Of a stretch of 64,000 bases of DNA, positions 44,201-58,048 are shown piece by piece. How positions within the stretch are numbered: the stretch's first letter is position 1; each line of letters starts with the position of its first letter. The stretch is from Marsupella aquatica (Eukaryota; Plantae; Marchantiophyta): assembly GCA_973895155.1 (NCBI GenBank), contig OZ316896.1, positions 14,976,684 through 15,040,683 on the forward strand, read 5' to 3'. Below the pieces are notes generated by a model, which saw only the letters and a program-made list of their open reading frames with translations, did no database searches and was not told the origin of the DNA. A program made the translations under genes and the position numbers.

Positions 44201-47200
44201 CTTGTCACATATTCCAATGTAAACATTAGTCATTGAGTTTGCACTCATGTAGTGTTTGATGCTTTTCTCTTTTTATTTGTCTTTTTTAGGTTTACACTTG
44301 CTTTTATTTTTTCTGGTTAGGTGTTGTCCTCTTTGGAACTATTTTTCTTTCCTTTCATTGTACTTTGTTTTAATTTCCCTTACTTATACATTTTGGTGAG
44401 TCTTTCCTTCCTTGGTCTCCTGCCTTTTGCATACTGCATGTATTCCCTTTTGGTGCTTTTGTTCGTTGGCAATGCAATATACACTTCTAGACACAACTAG
44501 ACCCAGAGCACTTTTGTTGATCTTGTATGGTCCGCCAATATTCGGGCATGGAGATACTTCATGATTAGTATCCACCAGCCTGGTTTAGTTATTGTGCAGG
44601 AATGTGGTCTGATCTACTCTCAAAGTTAGAGCTAGAATTTGATTAAACAGTTTAAAGAAGTCACTACCGCTAACATGGGGCTAAACTTGCCAATGAATTT
44701 AACAAAATAAAGGGAACTGTCTTGTGAATGAAGCAACAAATTGGTGTGTCGACACCAATGAATTGGATTATGCATAATTAGGACCTGATTGGACTTTTTT
44801 ACATGAAGCTTTGATTTTTCTTGGTTAACTGGGCTGCAGTAGCAAACATGATCTTCGATCACTGGCGAGATTGATGGAATTATGTCATCTATGCCTACGG
44901 TTCCTCCCTTGCCTTTAATCAATTTGCATTTTCTCAAATGAGGGCTCATAGTGTTGGAAGGATCATAAGCAAGTACATAACTGCTCCTTTGATTTATGCA
45001 AGTAGCCATGATTGTTGGAAGAACCATAACAGGAGATATGGCCACAGAATAAATCTGTTACCGTCATATGATCAAGGAAAAAAAAGAGGGAATGGTTGTC
45101 ACTTTTTCATGCCACAAAATAGAGTCTTTTATCAATAGCAGATTTGTATGCCACTAGCTCCCCCCAACCCCACACTGGCAACCATACCTAGTGAGAAATT
45201 GAAGGGTGACCTGAACCTGAGATCTGTAATTGTCCTTATGACAAAACAAATCATGCATATGGATAAGAAGATTATTACAAAGTTAGCTATTGGTTGATAG
45301 TTAAAATGCACTCAAAGTCATAGTAAGGTCGAGTGAGTTGCTGTAGTAACTTACTGACATCCACTAATCACATTTCAATTAGAATCAAATCTCTTAATTG
45401 AAGGAGCTTTTGGTGCCCAAAATACGTGATCATCAGTAAGTCCTTCACAGCCATTTTTTCAGTCAAAGTTTTACCTATATAGCAATAGCATGTCCCTCGA
45501 CATATATGGGCAGCCACAGCAACATGGGTCCCACCAATAGGGCCAACAATGACCACACCCCTGAAGGGATGAACTCCTGCCCCCAGTTTGAACTGATGGA
45601 CATGTTGTCATAAATTGTCCAACACTACAACTTGTCATTTGTCGGCTCCAAAAGGGGTCAAATGTTGCATATTCACCTAATTCCCCAGCCAGTCGGGACA
45701 GGTCGGGACAGGCCAGGACAGGCCGGGGTCAGGGTCGGGGTCGGGGTCGGAATGGGGTGTGGGCTGGGGCTGGCGCAGACAACCGGGTGTGACACATGTC
45801 AAATGACGGGGTCCAGACCCCTCATTTGTCCGACAAGCTGTCCAAACCGGGCGCCTGCCCAAGATAAAGACCAGATCCGCACTCAGCCAATCAGCTAGGA
45901 ACCCCATCCCGGGTGGCAGCACATGTCCCTATTCCATTGGGACATGGTCCCTACTATAAAGATGTCGCTGTTACATTGTGACATGGTGCTACCTCCTAAA
46001 TAAATAGAGTCTCCCAGTAGCTCTAGGCACTAGGTTCATACTCACAAGTGACCCTGGGACTAGGTTTAGTTCAGACTCTAGACACAGATCTCTGGAGATC
46101 CATAGACAGTTGTCCTGGGAATGAATCAATGGACTTAATGGCAAGAGATGGATGCATAATCTTCTCGTGCAAGCTATCTGCATGTGGGGCTGTGTGCCCC
46201 TTTACTTTGTTCTTAGATATCACATTTCTACTGTAGCTGTCTGTTCCCCTCAATATTAAAATAAAGCCACTTTTTACTTAAAGTATGGAATGCAGACAAC
46301 CGTTGCAAGCCGTGTGCATGTGGGACCTTCCTGTGGGCCCGATGTGTAGCCACGTACCGTTGGCTACTTCTGTTCTTCGGTGGAAGCCTACAACTCCCAT
46401 GGATGCGCGCAACACCGTTTCCATCTTGACACCCTTGACACCTTTCCTGGTTTTTCTAAGGTCTTGTTCCAAAATCCAAAGGGCTCCTTTCAATTTTCCC
46501 TTCGGTGTTCTAAGGGCTTGCTCCAAGAAACTTGGAAAGATCTTTCCAAGAAATATAATACTTCTTTCAGTAAATATTGAGAGAGCTACTACTTTGCAAA
46601 TGATTACACCACTCTGTCCGTCATTCATTGTACACTCTTCCAGCTTCCAAACCGTTTTGACGAGAGCATTTTGCCCTTCAGTTTCTCCTTCTTACCCAAT
46701 CAATTGGGCTATCCTTGGCTCCTACGATGTGACGTTCGGGGTGGCGTTGCGCTTCGTTTGGCCAACTTTCCTTAAGAATAGAATTGAGAGAGCTAGAGAC
46801 AGTCAGTTAGTTTTCCTGCCACGTTTCACTGTCATGTAAAACTAAGTCTTGTTCGAGGATTACGTGAGGTTAACGCGGATTGGGCTCGTCGTGGTAGTCT
46901 ATCGGGCATTTTGCAAACCCAGAGATCCATCAGGGCTAATTTTTCTACTACGGTACTTACTTTACTGAATTTTGCAATGTAATTTCGCGTGAGTCCAGCT
47001 TGCATTATGAAATTCGTAGAAAAGCAGAAAAGAGATACACTTTCTTTAATTGTCTTGCTGGGCAGCGAAGAAGAGTGCGTGCCGTAAGCATCTCTTCGTG
47101 AGGGGACATTTGCTGCAGAAGGATGAGCTCACATTACGTACGTACCGTAATTCAATCATTGAACGAGCTCATGATTAATGGGAATATTTGAAGGAAAACA

Positions 47201-50200
47201 AGACACAAGCTCGTACAGAGGCTTTTCAGAATCTTAAGACATAACGAGATTTTTTGGAACACGGGAACACGAATGTTCGATGGGAATCCTTTTCTCGTAA
47301 GTCGTCAGAGTCTGATCACAGTCTGATTACATAGCAGTACATATTGGAATTCCGATGTATTGTAATAAGACATTGTACGTGATTAGGGCTCGACGTTCAC
47401 AGTCATGGTGCTGTTCTTACCTGTGTAAAATGGAAATGGAAAGTATCTTCCGATCGATGAGATTACACCCACTAAAGCTCTGCGGGAGGGCCGTTATAGG
47501 GGACGGCATACCTTAGAAAAGGACCGGACGAACTAAGAGAGCTGACGATTATTCAAAGGATCTCGATAATTCTCACAATCCAGCAGATAGTGTTTTTGCT
47601 AGAGACATGGGAAAGAGATTGAAGAGCTTGGACAGAAACCATTATCTATTTTGTCAGCTAGCTAGCTCTCACTGCTGTTGGCGCGTGTGCTGGCCTGGCT
47701 CCTGGGCCATCGAGAAGACCTCGAAAAGCTCAACCCTGCAGCTGTGGATGCTTCGTTTGTAGTGAGGCCCGAGAAGAGCTGTGGTACCTCAATTTCAACC
47801 GGGCCCAAGCGTCGTAGCTAGCTAGCGGCCCCGCCCACGCATGAGTGAATGAGGGTATGGTGAATAATCGGAATTTGGAAAATCCTCCATCTAGCGAGCA
47901 GTAGTATCTTCGATGAAATTAATCAGGGACGGCGACTAAATTACATAGAATGCTTCAATCGAGCTCCAACGACAACACAGGACTCAGTCATCCATGCAAT
48001 ATCATTTTAAAGATATAGCAGTAGCTACGAGAGTTCAAGGCCCACGGTCCATCAATATATCCACAAACTTAGCCAGAAACTTTTTCACACTGCCAAACAA
48101 CACAAAACGCCATACCCCATCCACAAACTTAGCCAGGAAAGTATATATCAGGACTTCACTCCCGAAGAACAGAAAGAGCCAAATAGGGCCGGAGACTGTA
48201 TCCCAAAATGCAGGAGACCCATCGATCTACTAACTTAGCCAGGAAATCATATAGCAATCACTTCCGGAAAAGCAAAAAGAGCTCCAAAGTGGTGCATCCC
48301 AATCCCAAAGGCGGGTGACCCAAATAAGGGGACAAAACAGTCGCGAAAACCCGAAAGCTAATTGAACAGCCAAGCAGAGTCACAAGAACGCACTGCAAAA
48401 AGAACTCTAGTGATGAGTAGTAAACTGAAAAGCCTGGTAAAGCTCAGGTAAGCAGAAAAAGGAAGCCAAGTTGCATGGTTCTAAGTCCAAATAAAAGGAA
48501 CGTTACCACGTACTCATTGCTCCGCAAATCCAGTAGGACCAGTACGCCTGACTCATACCATCAGAAACTGTACCAGATCGAGGGTCCAGAAAAGACCCTC
48601 GAGGGATGTCACGCCAAACTGAGCATGAATGTCAATTGGCGAGCGGGTCTGGCCTCTTCGCTGGTCAGGCTTACGAGCATGTAGTAAGTAATCAAGTTGT
48701 CAGGTTCGAAATCTTCTGCTGCCAAAGAATCTTGCATCATTGATCGTTCATTCTGCTTGGATGTGGTGGAACCTTGGAAGCGCATCACGCGCGCGGTGCG
48801 TTGGCCTTTCCGGGCCCACGGACAGCCCCACAGGCGCCCACACCAAGGCCTCGATCCTGTAATGCCTGCGGCTGGCTTTTCTGCAGAATTCTTGTCTGAG
48901 TGTCCTGCGGAGGTGACGACCGATTGAAGGTGCTGCACTCATGAGGTCCACTTTTGAAAGCGATGCGACTAGCGGTACATTTTGGGAACCGGATTGCCTG
49001 GCCGCTGGCCCGTCCATATTCATCAGTTTGATGATGGACACTTCAAGACAGATCTGAGATTACAGAATCCGATCAGATCTTGCATGGTAGAAGATCTGGG
49101 AGTGAAGATCCGACAGATCGGAGGTGGTCCCGTTGCTTATTACCTGATCCCAAGACAGCCCGAGCATAGATCGAAACAACGACACTCAGTATATATTCAG
49201 TTAAATTTGGGAGATTGGAAGGCATAGTCTCCGAGTAATGACTTGCAATACAACTCTGATACACAAGAGCAAAGACCCGTTGGAAGAAGAATGAGTCTAG
49301 CACGTACCGACAGGAACGGATGAAGTACGGGACGCAGAGAGAGAATAAATCCATGCACTTGATCGAAGAAGCGCTGTTTGTAAGCTCAAGAAGCAGCAGA
49401 TTGTTGGAAGGGGAAACCAGCTGAGCTGAGCAGCACCGGTGCAACAACGGCGCACGAGCACTCGAGGGAGTACCTAGCGCGCTTGCCGCTGAGCGAGTTA
49501 CACATTCGGAATCGTTACGACCTGGAGGCTCCTCACTCCCGAGGAATGAATGTTGCTGTCAAGTCATGACGTTATATGTCTACATCTTGTTTTCTCCGAT
49601 CCTGTCAACATAGTCTGATATCGTGTCTCGCCTTGTCTGCCTTAGTTTCTCTGACAGCGGCAAAAACACGAAGAATCATTCTGCGTGCCGTTCTAATGCT
49701 GGCAATTCAACTCACTCCTTCTAAAGTAGAAAACCAGCGGGATCTTTACCTAAGTGCATGCCCGAGCGGATGATTACCGTTCTACACAACTTTCGGAGTC
49801 TGTCCGGACGCTAAGGCCACATTTTGCTTCCCAGGCTTGGAGATCTCGTTGTCTCTCTGCTCGACCCAGTGAATGACGCTTGGTTCCACTTTACAATTTT
49901 CTGTCTATATTTTTTTGGTCGTCGACACGATGTGTGTTTGAAGCCATATCAAGTCGTTCTGTTCCATTGCTCGATGATGTATTTATTATGTAAGTTGTCC
50001 CAATGTCCCCTGACGAGTGAGCTGAGTAGCTAACACTTCACAGTTCACACGCTGCTGGCCCGAGTTGTTTCTCCTCGTTGATTTAGTGACCCGTACGTGC
50101 GTACGTGAGCAACAGTTAAATATGTATATTGAAAGTTTAATGTTTCTGCATAGGTCTACCTATATGATATTGTGTTAGCATAACCTAGAGTACTCACTTC

Positions 50201-50451
50201 TTCCAAACCCACGTACTAACGATATATATCTCTGGTGTTACGTGATCCATGTTGATGTCGTTTCATTTATTTTGATAGCATCAGTGGGGCCCAAGTTGCG
50301 GTGAGATCTTCGGAGTCCGTCATTCGCTTGCCAGATCTGATTTAGTTTGGTTGTATGCTAGACACCTCTCTCGAATCCCACCGACGATTCAAAATTTCAA
50401 GAAAGTAACGAGATTCTTGGTATTTCACGTTGCTTGACCAATGACGAATTG

Positions 50452-50527
50452 TGTGTTGGGAATGCTGATGCACATCAGCCGGAGATACTCCATCTACGGC
50501 TGATCTGCATCAGCATACCCATCACAT
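50452..50527. ncRNA. Candidate MIRNA-like stem-loop
   Basis: tgggaatgctgatgcacatcagccggagat-actcc-atctacggctgatctgcatcagcataccca forms a 30-bp stem with 3 symmetric mismatches and a 5-nt loop, in non-repetitive DNA. Confidence 0.4.
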
Positions 50528-51651
50528 CCTTCGTCACCTGATGTGGAGGAGTTGGGACTTCTTAGACGCAACATCATCGACTGGTTTTGTTCTGGATATC
50601 TTCGATAAAAGTTTTCCTTCAGAACTCACTGGTGAATCTGATTGCACTGGTAGCACGTCAGGATATAGATGTTTGTCAAAGCCACATCTGAAACATTATA
50701 TGTCTTGTGATCTCCTAGTCATTTCACGAAATATTTCAGACGTCGACGTCTTGTGCTTTCGGGGCATTTCAATTCGCGTGTTTGCTGCGAACTTGTTGCT
50801 CTCGTTGGTGTGCAGAAGCTATCTTTGTCCTACTTGAATCGATCAGACCACATGCGTGCTATATATAGTAATCATATCTCGATTGAATCTTAGATGGTAG
50901 GATGTTAGCAAGCTTGTGCCACGATCTGATTACGCACTGCAAGCTGTTCAGCAGTACCGACATGTTCATCCTAAGAAAAAAACCATGTATTCGACAACTT
51001 CTCGTTTCTTCTTTGCTCGACTGGAAAGTAATCTAGATGACTGTCCGATGAAAAAGTACGCCATTTTTGTTACTATTGTCGATGTGCCCGCAATTACTTC
51101 GGCGCACAGACACAATTCAGCATGCATGCTACCCACAGACACAGCTACATTCATTGCCATTCTTTCAATGGCTAGCTCTTGCAATGAAACATCCTGACTG
51201 TGCTGACCCACTATCATCACGTGTGCCACAGATCACTGTCGCACAATGTTAATTGTGACATCATCGTAGTTCAAGTGGGAAAAGTAATCATGTGGATGTA
51301 GCTTGCGCTTGAAACATTGTGGTGGACAAATTAGCTATAATTGGAATCATTGTCGTTCTGCAGAGTGTTTCGAGTGGCATCAACCGTTTTGAAAGTGAGA
51401 AGTATTCTGGATGGACCCCCATCAACGCTGTTATGTCTCTAATTAGCGTGAGTATGAAAAAAGTATTACTAACAAGAGGAATTGGCTTTTTAAACACTAA
51501 TGGATTGATGATTGACTGATGCATGCTAGAGTCAAGGATTTTCACGTGGAGCCGGGGGTACCCACCTTGTTTCCATTGGACAAAAAACGGTTGTTCAAAA
51601 TGTATGATTTCCTCAAGTTAGGTAGCATTAACTCATAATTGGAGCTGAAAT

Positions 51652-51850
51652 CTGAATTAGTGTAACACTACTTGCACTGAACAGTACGTCCAACCTGAGC
51701 TTGAACGGGGCTTGGACATTGAGCTAGAGTAATGATTGAAAGCAAAATGAAGAAACCTGAATTAGTGTAACACTATTGCACTGAACAGTACGTACAACCT
51801 GTGCTTGAACGGGGCTTGAACAGTGAGCTGGAGGAATGATTGAAAGCAAA
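51652..51850. repeat. About 105-bp tandem duplication
   Basis: ctgaattagtgtaacacta..gcactgaacagtacgt...aatgattgaaagcaaa occurs twice. Confidence 0.9.
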
Positions 51851-52377
51851 CTGTGTCATTCCAAACTTGATAATTGGAAGGATAGAAATTGAGATGTTGA
51901 CTAAATATATATTGTAGAGGCCACATTTAAACAAAATACATTATAGATCAATTTGTGAGAATAAGATAATGAGGAAAAATCTCAAGGAACAGTCAAAATC
52001 GAAGACTGTTTCACCCAAACTTAAGCCTGAAATTCTACAATGAAAATTTTCCATCGACTGAATTGATGCGGTAGTTGAATTTGCAAGCGTTGAGTTGCAC
52101 ATCCTGTGTAGCGCCTGCGATTATGTTGGAACCTAGTAAAAGCTTCAATTTCCGGCTTCCAAGATTTTATATGATGTCCAAGACTCGGGTGAACGTACTT
52201 GGGGCTGACGTGAGCGTCTTCCTACTTGTTTATCACTCATCTCCTCGACTCTGTCCAACATGCACTGTTAAACCTCGGTATCAAAACTATCAGCAGATCC
52301 AAAGAAGGGCAGCTCTGGCTGCTAAAAGTGTCTTCTGACATACTCATCACAAGAGCCAAATGTGTTCTTGCCAATCC

Positions 52378-52655
52378 TTAGTAACGGAATGATCTAGTTT
52401 GTAATGTTGCTCTGTTCTAAAGAAACGGTCAAAGTTCGGGTTGTTGCCAGTCCCCTAATATTAGTAACGGAATGATCTAGTTTGTAATGTTGCTCTGTTC
52501 TAAAGAAACGGTCAAAGTTCGGGTTGTTGCCAGTCCCCTAATATAATGAGATGTTCATCGATCACACAATCGAAGTGAGTTCTTGCCAATCCCCAATACC
52601 ACAATGATCTAGTCTTCAAAATTGCATTGATCTAACGAACGGTCCAAGTTCGAGT
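52378..52655. repeat. About 84-bp tandem repeat (2 near-identical copies and 1 degenerate copy)
   Basis: Unit ttagtaacggaatgatctagtttgtaatgttgctctgttctaaagaaacggtcaaagttcgggttgttgccagtcccctaata. Confidence 0.9.
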
Positions 52656-53162
52656 TGCTGCCAGTTCCCTCATAACTATACCCAGGTCGAATCTCCAATG
52701 GGTGATCTGACAAGAAACTCGGGCAGCTACTTAATTGTTCTGGATTTCTGGCTTGCACTTTCGTTTACTTAGTTGGCCTTCCAGAAGCAGAGCCCAACTT
52801 CGATCAACTTCGATCAAGCATGATTGCAAACTTCCAGACCAGCCACTACTGACGGATATCACTTCGATATGACAATTCTAGCAAGGTTGAGCAAAAGAAT
52901 ACGCCCCTACCAGCGACTAGTACTCTACCCACTTCGCGTTTTCCAGACATGACATCTTGAAGGCTGCGCTAAGGAACAAAAAACATAAGGGCAGAAGCAA
53001 AAGCAAATTACTCACAGGGAAACGCGGAATGAGTGAAATGTGATACCCTCTGTTGTGTTTATATGTTACATATAATTATGCTACATACTACAGCAAGAAG
53101 TGAGATTTGATAAGAAAAAATATGGTTTAGATGGACTACACCAATGATTAAAAGGTGATAAG

Positions 53163-53530
53163 GTCAGTTGGCTCCCGGATTAGCCTGGTGCTGAAAGGTC
53201 CCAGGTTCAATCCCCCCCCCTCCACACACATGGGTGTGCGAGTGTATGGAGGGGATATGTGTGGGTGGGATGTGTCTTGTGGGTAGCGGATGGGAGTTCT
53301 GATTATCTACTTGGCCCTTGGATTAACCTCTCTCTCTGATTATCTACTTGGCCCTTGGATTAACCTCTCTCTCTCGTGATGCGGGTCTCTCTCCCTCTTG
53401 ATGTGGGTCCCTCTTGGATATGTGGGGGCTCACCCTGAAATGGGTTCCCTACAATGAATGTATGTCACTACTGGGTGGGGAGAGTCTACTAAGTGTTCTA
53501 GCTTCTTCATTTCTTTTCAAGACCAAAAAG
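53163..53530 (+). mobile_element. tRNA-derived SINE, 368 bp
   Basis: A-box-like TTGGCTCCCGG, B-box GGTTCAATCC (53204-53213), A-rich tail. 12-bp TSD AAAGGTGATAAG / AAATGTGATAAG with 1 mismatch. An uninterrupted copy of the target sequence lies at about 53735-53770. Confidence 0.75.
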
Positions 53531-53919
53531 AAATGTGATAAGAAAACTGGACAGTCATCTTTGAAAATTTGTTAGAAGATCTTTCAACTTTTAATGATAT
53601 ATGAAATCATTAAGCTCTGTGGAAAGATCTACCCAGCCATGACCCCCTCTATTGCCTAAATGTTCAAATGGACTTTCCCAATCCAGATGGATTGCAGTAC
53701 AACCTTCTTTTCTATATACTTGTATGGTACATTACACTAATGAGTCAAATGTGATAAGAAAACTAGACACTAGTCTTTGGAAAGTTTTTGGGTCTCAACT
53801 TTTAATGAATATTGAAGGTATTAGACTCAGTGAGAATATACTCCCAAGTTAATTCTAACCTTGGGGGCGTCATTCCAAGAGAGTTTCCATTATATCATGA
53901 GCGAAGTTTTAAGTAATAA

Positions 53920-54150
53920 ACACCCTAAAACTTAAGAAACTAAAGTATATTTTTAGTTACTAATTTTGAACCCCTGACTTTATAGAATGTTTCAGGAATA
54001 TTCTTAAATTTGATATTAAAAAACCCCATAGTTCTTATAATTCTCAAAATTAGATTAAAACACCCTTACTTTTCTTCAACAATTTTTTTTAAGTCTTCAA
54101 TCCGCCCAATTGAATTAAAAAACCCTAACTTATATTCTTGGCATGTGATG
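53920..54150 (+). repeat. Dispersed AT-rich repeat, copy 3
   Basis: Shares gaatattctt, gttcttataa.tctcaaaatt and ttaagtcttc with 4380-4610. Confidence 0.55.
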
Positions 54151-55725
54151 GGTTGAAAGAAAAGAAATGAGGTCCCCAGGATTCTAACAACCCAACAGAA
54201 CCTTTTCTATCTGATGTACTTAGAGTATGATATTGAATGTCCAAATGAAACTTAAATGAGCTCAAAGTTTGGACAGTTAGTGATAGACTAATCTAAGTAA
54301 ATAAATTCTTATCTTTCTGAACTGTGATTAGACTGGCTGAATGAAAGTTAAGCCCAAATGGACCTAGGGGTTTGTTTTGCCCATCCCCATTTACTGTGAC
54401 ACACAGCGCTTCACTTTACACCCAAAGTCCACATTGTCAGGCTATCTTTAGAGGGACGCCTCAAGTAGTTTTTCCAGGTTTCTCAACCAACTCTTAAATG
54501 CTAGTTAAGCAAACTTGTGCATTTATTTGGACAACTTTTGGATCTCAGTTTCAGCTCAAAAATTCCCATAATGTTCTCTGATGTCCAGTCTATTACTAGA
54601 CGTACAAAGGAAACCAGTTGGTCCATCGCAGTAGATAAGTGAGAAGATGGTCAAATATTATAAAACGCTTCACTTTTGTGAAGAATGCCCTCGGTGCCTG
54701 AGCACAAGCACCAACATACCACTGTGGGAAAGGATGCTTCACTTTTGTGAAGAATGCCCTGGGTAGTTTGCTTGAGCCTTGACTTACCACCGCACAAACG
54801 GTCAGGAACAAGTCACATATGAGTCAAAACTGTAAATAGTGCTATCTGAGTCAGTCCATCCCAGCTTTGGAAATCCATGGGAGCTTCACAACAAACCCCT
54901 CTGTCCATCCAGGAGAAGGAGAGCCCATAAAGGAGAGAAAACAAAGGAAAAACTAGGGATGACCAAGGAGTCCAAAAGCCCAGAAGCAAACAAAGGTACA
55001 AGTTCCCAACAATGGCAAAAGAACAAAACCCTTGCGGAGCAGTGACTGAGCTGAAAAGCCCAGTAGAGCTCCATAGTAAACCACATACTTAGAAGGGTCA
55101 TGAAAGGGCGTTTGACAAGTGGCCCTAAATCCAACCCTAAACCAATTGTCTTGGCCCTAGAGAGAATTATACTGAATGTCTGAGCCCCTTGTAGTGCAAT
55201 TGAGCTGTCAAAGAAGCCAATGAGTATCAAAACATGGGGATCATAAGGCATCTGCTTGACACTACACACCACACAAGTTTGACTGGTAAGTAAGACTGGT
55301 GGAAAGATCTTTCAAAGACTATTTCAAAGAACCCAAAACAGAAGATTCACTTAGATATTTAGTTTGAGACATTAATGCTCAAATTTGCTCTTGAAAACTT
55401 TTTGGAGACCAGAAAGGTGTCAACAAGTGGTTTTGGAAATTTGTCAATGAGTAATGAGTGGTTTTGGAAACAAGAAGGGTGTCAATAATTGGTGGACAGG
55501 TGTAAAAGGTGTCAATTGTCCATGGGGTTGCATGTGTGAAAATAAGAAGGATGTCAATAAGTGGTGGTGTAAAAGATGTAACTGTCCATGATGTTGCATG
55601 TTCACAGGCTCTTGTACATGGGAGCATCATTTCTCCCCTAACAGTTCAGTTAAGGTCATGTGCTCAATTTTTACCTTTTTGAGCTTTAAACTGCTGCCAA
55701 GTAAGGCTTTAGGCTGCTTTCATGT

Positions 55726-55940
55726 AAGCAATCTTGGCTCTCATTCTATTAGGGCATCTCAAAACTGACGATTTGATGTACCTTGACTCCCTACTTAAGC
55801 AATGTTGGCTCTCATTCTATTAGGGCATCTCAAAACTGAAAATTTAATGGTCCCTTGACTCCCTTAGTAAGCAATCTTGGCTCTCATTCTACTATAGGGC
55901 CATCTCAAAACTGAAATTTTGATGTACTTAACTCCCTAGT
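55726..55940. repeat. About 70-bp tandem repeat, 3 copies
   Basis: Unit taagcaatcttggctctcattctattagggcatctcaaaactga..tttgatgtaccttgactcccta. Confidence 0.9.
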
Positions 55941-56444
55941 TGTTACAGACACAAAAACTAAGTGTCCACAAAATTCATACTCCATAACTTTTTGCCATCA
56001 TAATTGGTATCATGGTATCATGATGGTGAAACAAAAAACAAATAAACTTTATGGCTAATGCCATCATTTCTAATTTCTCAACTTTTGAGACTCCCTATTT
56101 CATAAATTGGATTTCTCTCAGCTTCAGCCATATATTTAATTCTTGTGAGGAAGAAAGGTTACGGGGTGGGTAACCTTTTCTACTAGATGCCATCATTTCC
56201 ATAACCCTGTGCCCAGAAAGTCTTGCCCGATAAACTTTTTTTCGGACAAGTATTAGGTATGGTAAGGACTGTTTGGGCTGGGGTTACTCTCTTAAACCTA
56301 TTCCCACAAAGCTCAGAAAGTTTTCCCAGTTGCTGTTAGTCATTCCCGGTTGCTGCTGGTAAGCATTTGTTCATTTTCTGGTCACAGGTTACTGACCAGG
56401 GTTATCACTTTCTGGTCACAGGTTCAGGACTAGGGGTTAGACAA

Positions 56445-56765
56445 AGTAACCCCCAAAGTAACCCAGACAAAGCCCTCATTACCCTATACATAATGTCAAG
56501 CGCCACAAAGTAGCGCCACAAAGTACCCCAGACAAAGCCCTCATTACCCTATACATAATGTCAAGCGCCAGATATGGCAGACTATCGCGCAAAGTAGCAA
56601 AGTAACACATTGATCGGATATGGCAGACTAGATCGCGCAAAGTAACACATTGATCGGATATGGCAGACTAGATCGCGCAAACTAACACATTGATCGGATA
56701 TGGCAGACTATGGCGCAAACTAACATATCAATCGGATATGGCAGACTATCGCGCAAACTAACACG
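56445..56765. repeat. About 65-bp duplication followed by a 40-bp minisatellite (about 5 copies)
   Basis: Minisatellite unit aa.taacacattgatcggatatggcagactagatcgcgca. Confidence 0.9.
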
Positions 56766-56781
56766 TTGGACGGCCCGACCA

Positions 56782-57490
56782 GCTCCTGTGCGTACGTCAG
56801 CAATTGCAGAACAGAAATCGAGTTTGATTCATTTGAACGGAGAAAGTTCAGGAGCATGTTCAAATTCGGAGTTAGAAGCATACACATAATTATTATTGAG
56901 CAGCTCGTTCTTTACAATCCTTTAGAAAGCTCCTGTGACGAGTACGTCAGCAATCGAAGAGCGAAAATAGATTAGATTCATCTGAACTGAGAAAGTAAAC
57001 GAGCATGCTTAAATTCCAAAACGGTAGCGTTTACATTTAATGATTATTGAGCAGCTGGTTACAATCTTTTGGAAAGTCCCTGTGACTTATGTCAGCAGTC
57101 GAAAAGCTAGAATCGAATCGATTCATTTGAACTAAGAAAGTTCACGAGCATGCTTAAATTCCAAGACAATGCATTCACATTTAATAATTATTGAACTGCG
57201 GGCTCGTTCTTTACAGTTTTTTCGAAAGCTCCTCACCTGTGACGTACGTCAGCAATCGAAGAGCTAAAATAGAATGGATTCGTCGGAACTGAGAAAGTTC
57301 ACAATCGTGTTTAATTTCCGAGACAGTAGCATTCACATCTAATAGATATTGAGCACCTCGTTCTTTACAATTCTTTAGAAAGGTCCTGTGACTTACGTCA
57401 GCAATCGAAGAGCGAAAATCGATTACGATTCATTTGAGCATGTCGAAATTCCGAGATAGAGGCTTTAGATAATGATCATGGAGCAGCTTG
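56782..57490. repeat. About 150-bp tandem array, 5 copies, with TGACG/ACGTCA cores
   Basis: Units start at about 56782, 56929, 57076, 57228 and 57382 (cctgtgac.tacgtcagcaatcgaagagc.aaaat.ga..gattcatttgaac.gagaaagt). Confidence 0.9.
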
Positions 57491-58048
57491 CCAGTCGGAC
57501 AAGTCCTACCTTCTTAGTTGCTTGCATCTTTACTTCACAAACAGAGAGTTTGTTTGCCGGTCTCGTTTACGGACTCTATCCGGTTCAATGAATCGACAGA
57601 TCAATGACTCTTTCTATTTTGCGCCTCTCATTCGTTTGTGTCGTGGATTCGTTCTAATGATGTTATGAAATCTTCCAGTTAATAACTGATGATGGTAGCA
57701 TGATTCTTCCTATTTTGCCTATTTTGCCTATTTTGGCCCTCCGTTTCAGTACAGTGGTCCGGACCATTCGTATCCTGTTCTGGAATCATCCCCTGAGGAA
57801 GAAATCCATTGTAGTCTTTGGACCACGGCCCGACTTACCTGTGCGCGGTCCATTGGCTGCATGAGCTGGAACTGATCTAGAACACGAAAACAAAATTCTA
57901 CAAAGCACATAGATGCTTGGCTGGCTGAAGCCTCTGAGGCTCCGCTGAACTCGAACAAGGAAGAAGCTCTGCGGGTTTTGGAGATGCCGGACGACCATAC
58001 GTTCGTCGGTGACGGGTTCAGGGTGGGGTTCACGAATGAGGCGGCGAA

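Noticed and set aside
44600-45138. Stop-riddled long frame, briefly considered a Transib/RAG-like remnant (FSNEG)
   Set aside because: One short motif only; no family can be supported.
46278-46839. 184-aa and 116-aa opposite-strand ORFs
   Set aside because: No recognisable domain or gene structure.
47691-47710. Partial resemblance to miR160 (gcctggctcc)
   Set aside because: Only about 10 nt match and there is no fold-back.
48609-49447. GC-richer short ORFs as a small-peptide (DVL-like) gene
   Set aside because: The DVL consensus is not matched and no frame is clearly preferred; a transcript here cannot be excluded.
56570-57490. Regularly spaced repeats as a CRISPR array
   Set aside because: Whole units repeat with no unique spacers, there are no cas genes, and the context is eukaryotic.
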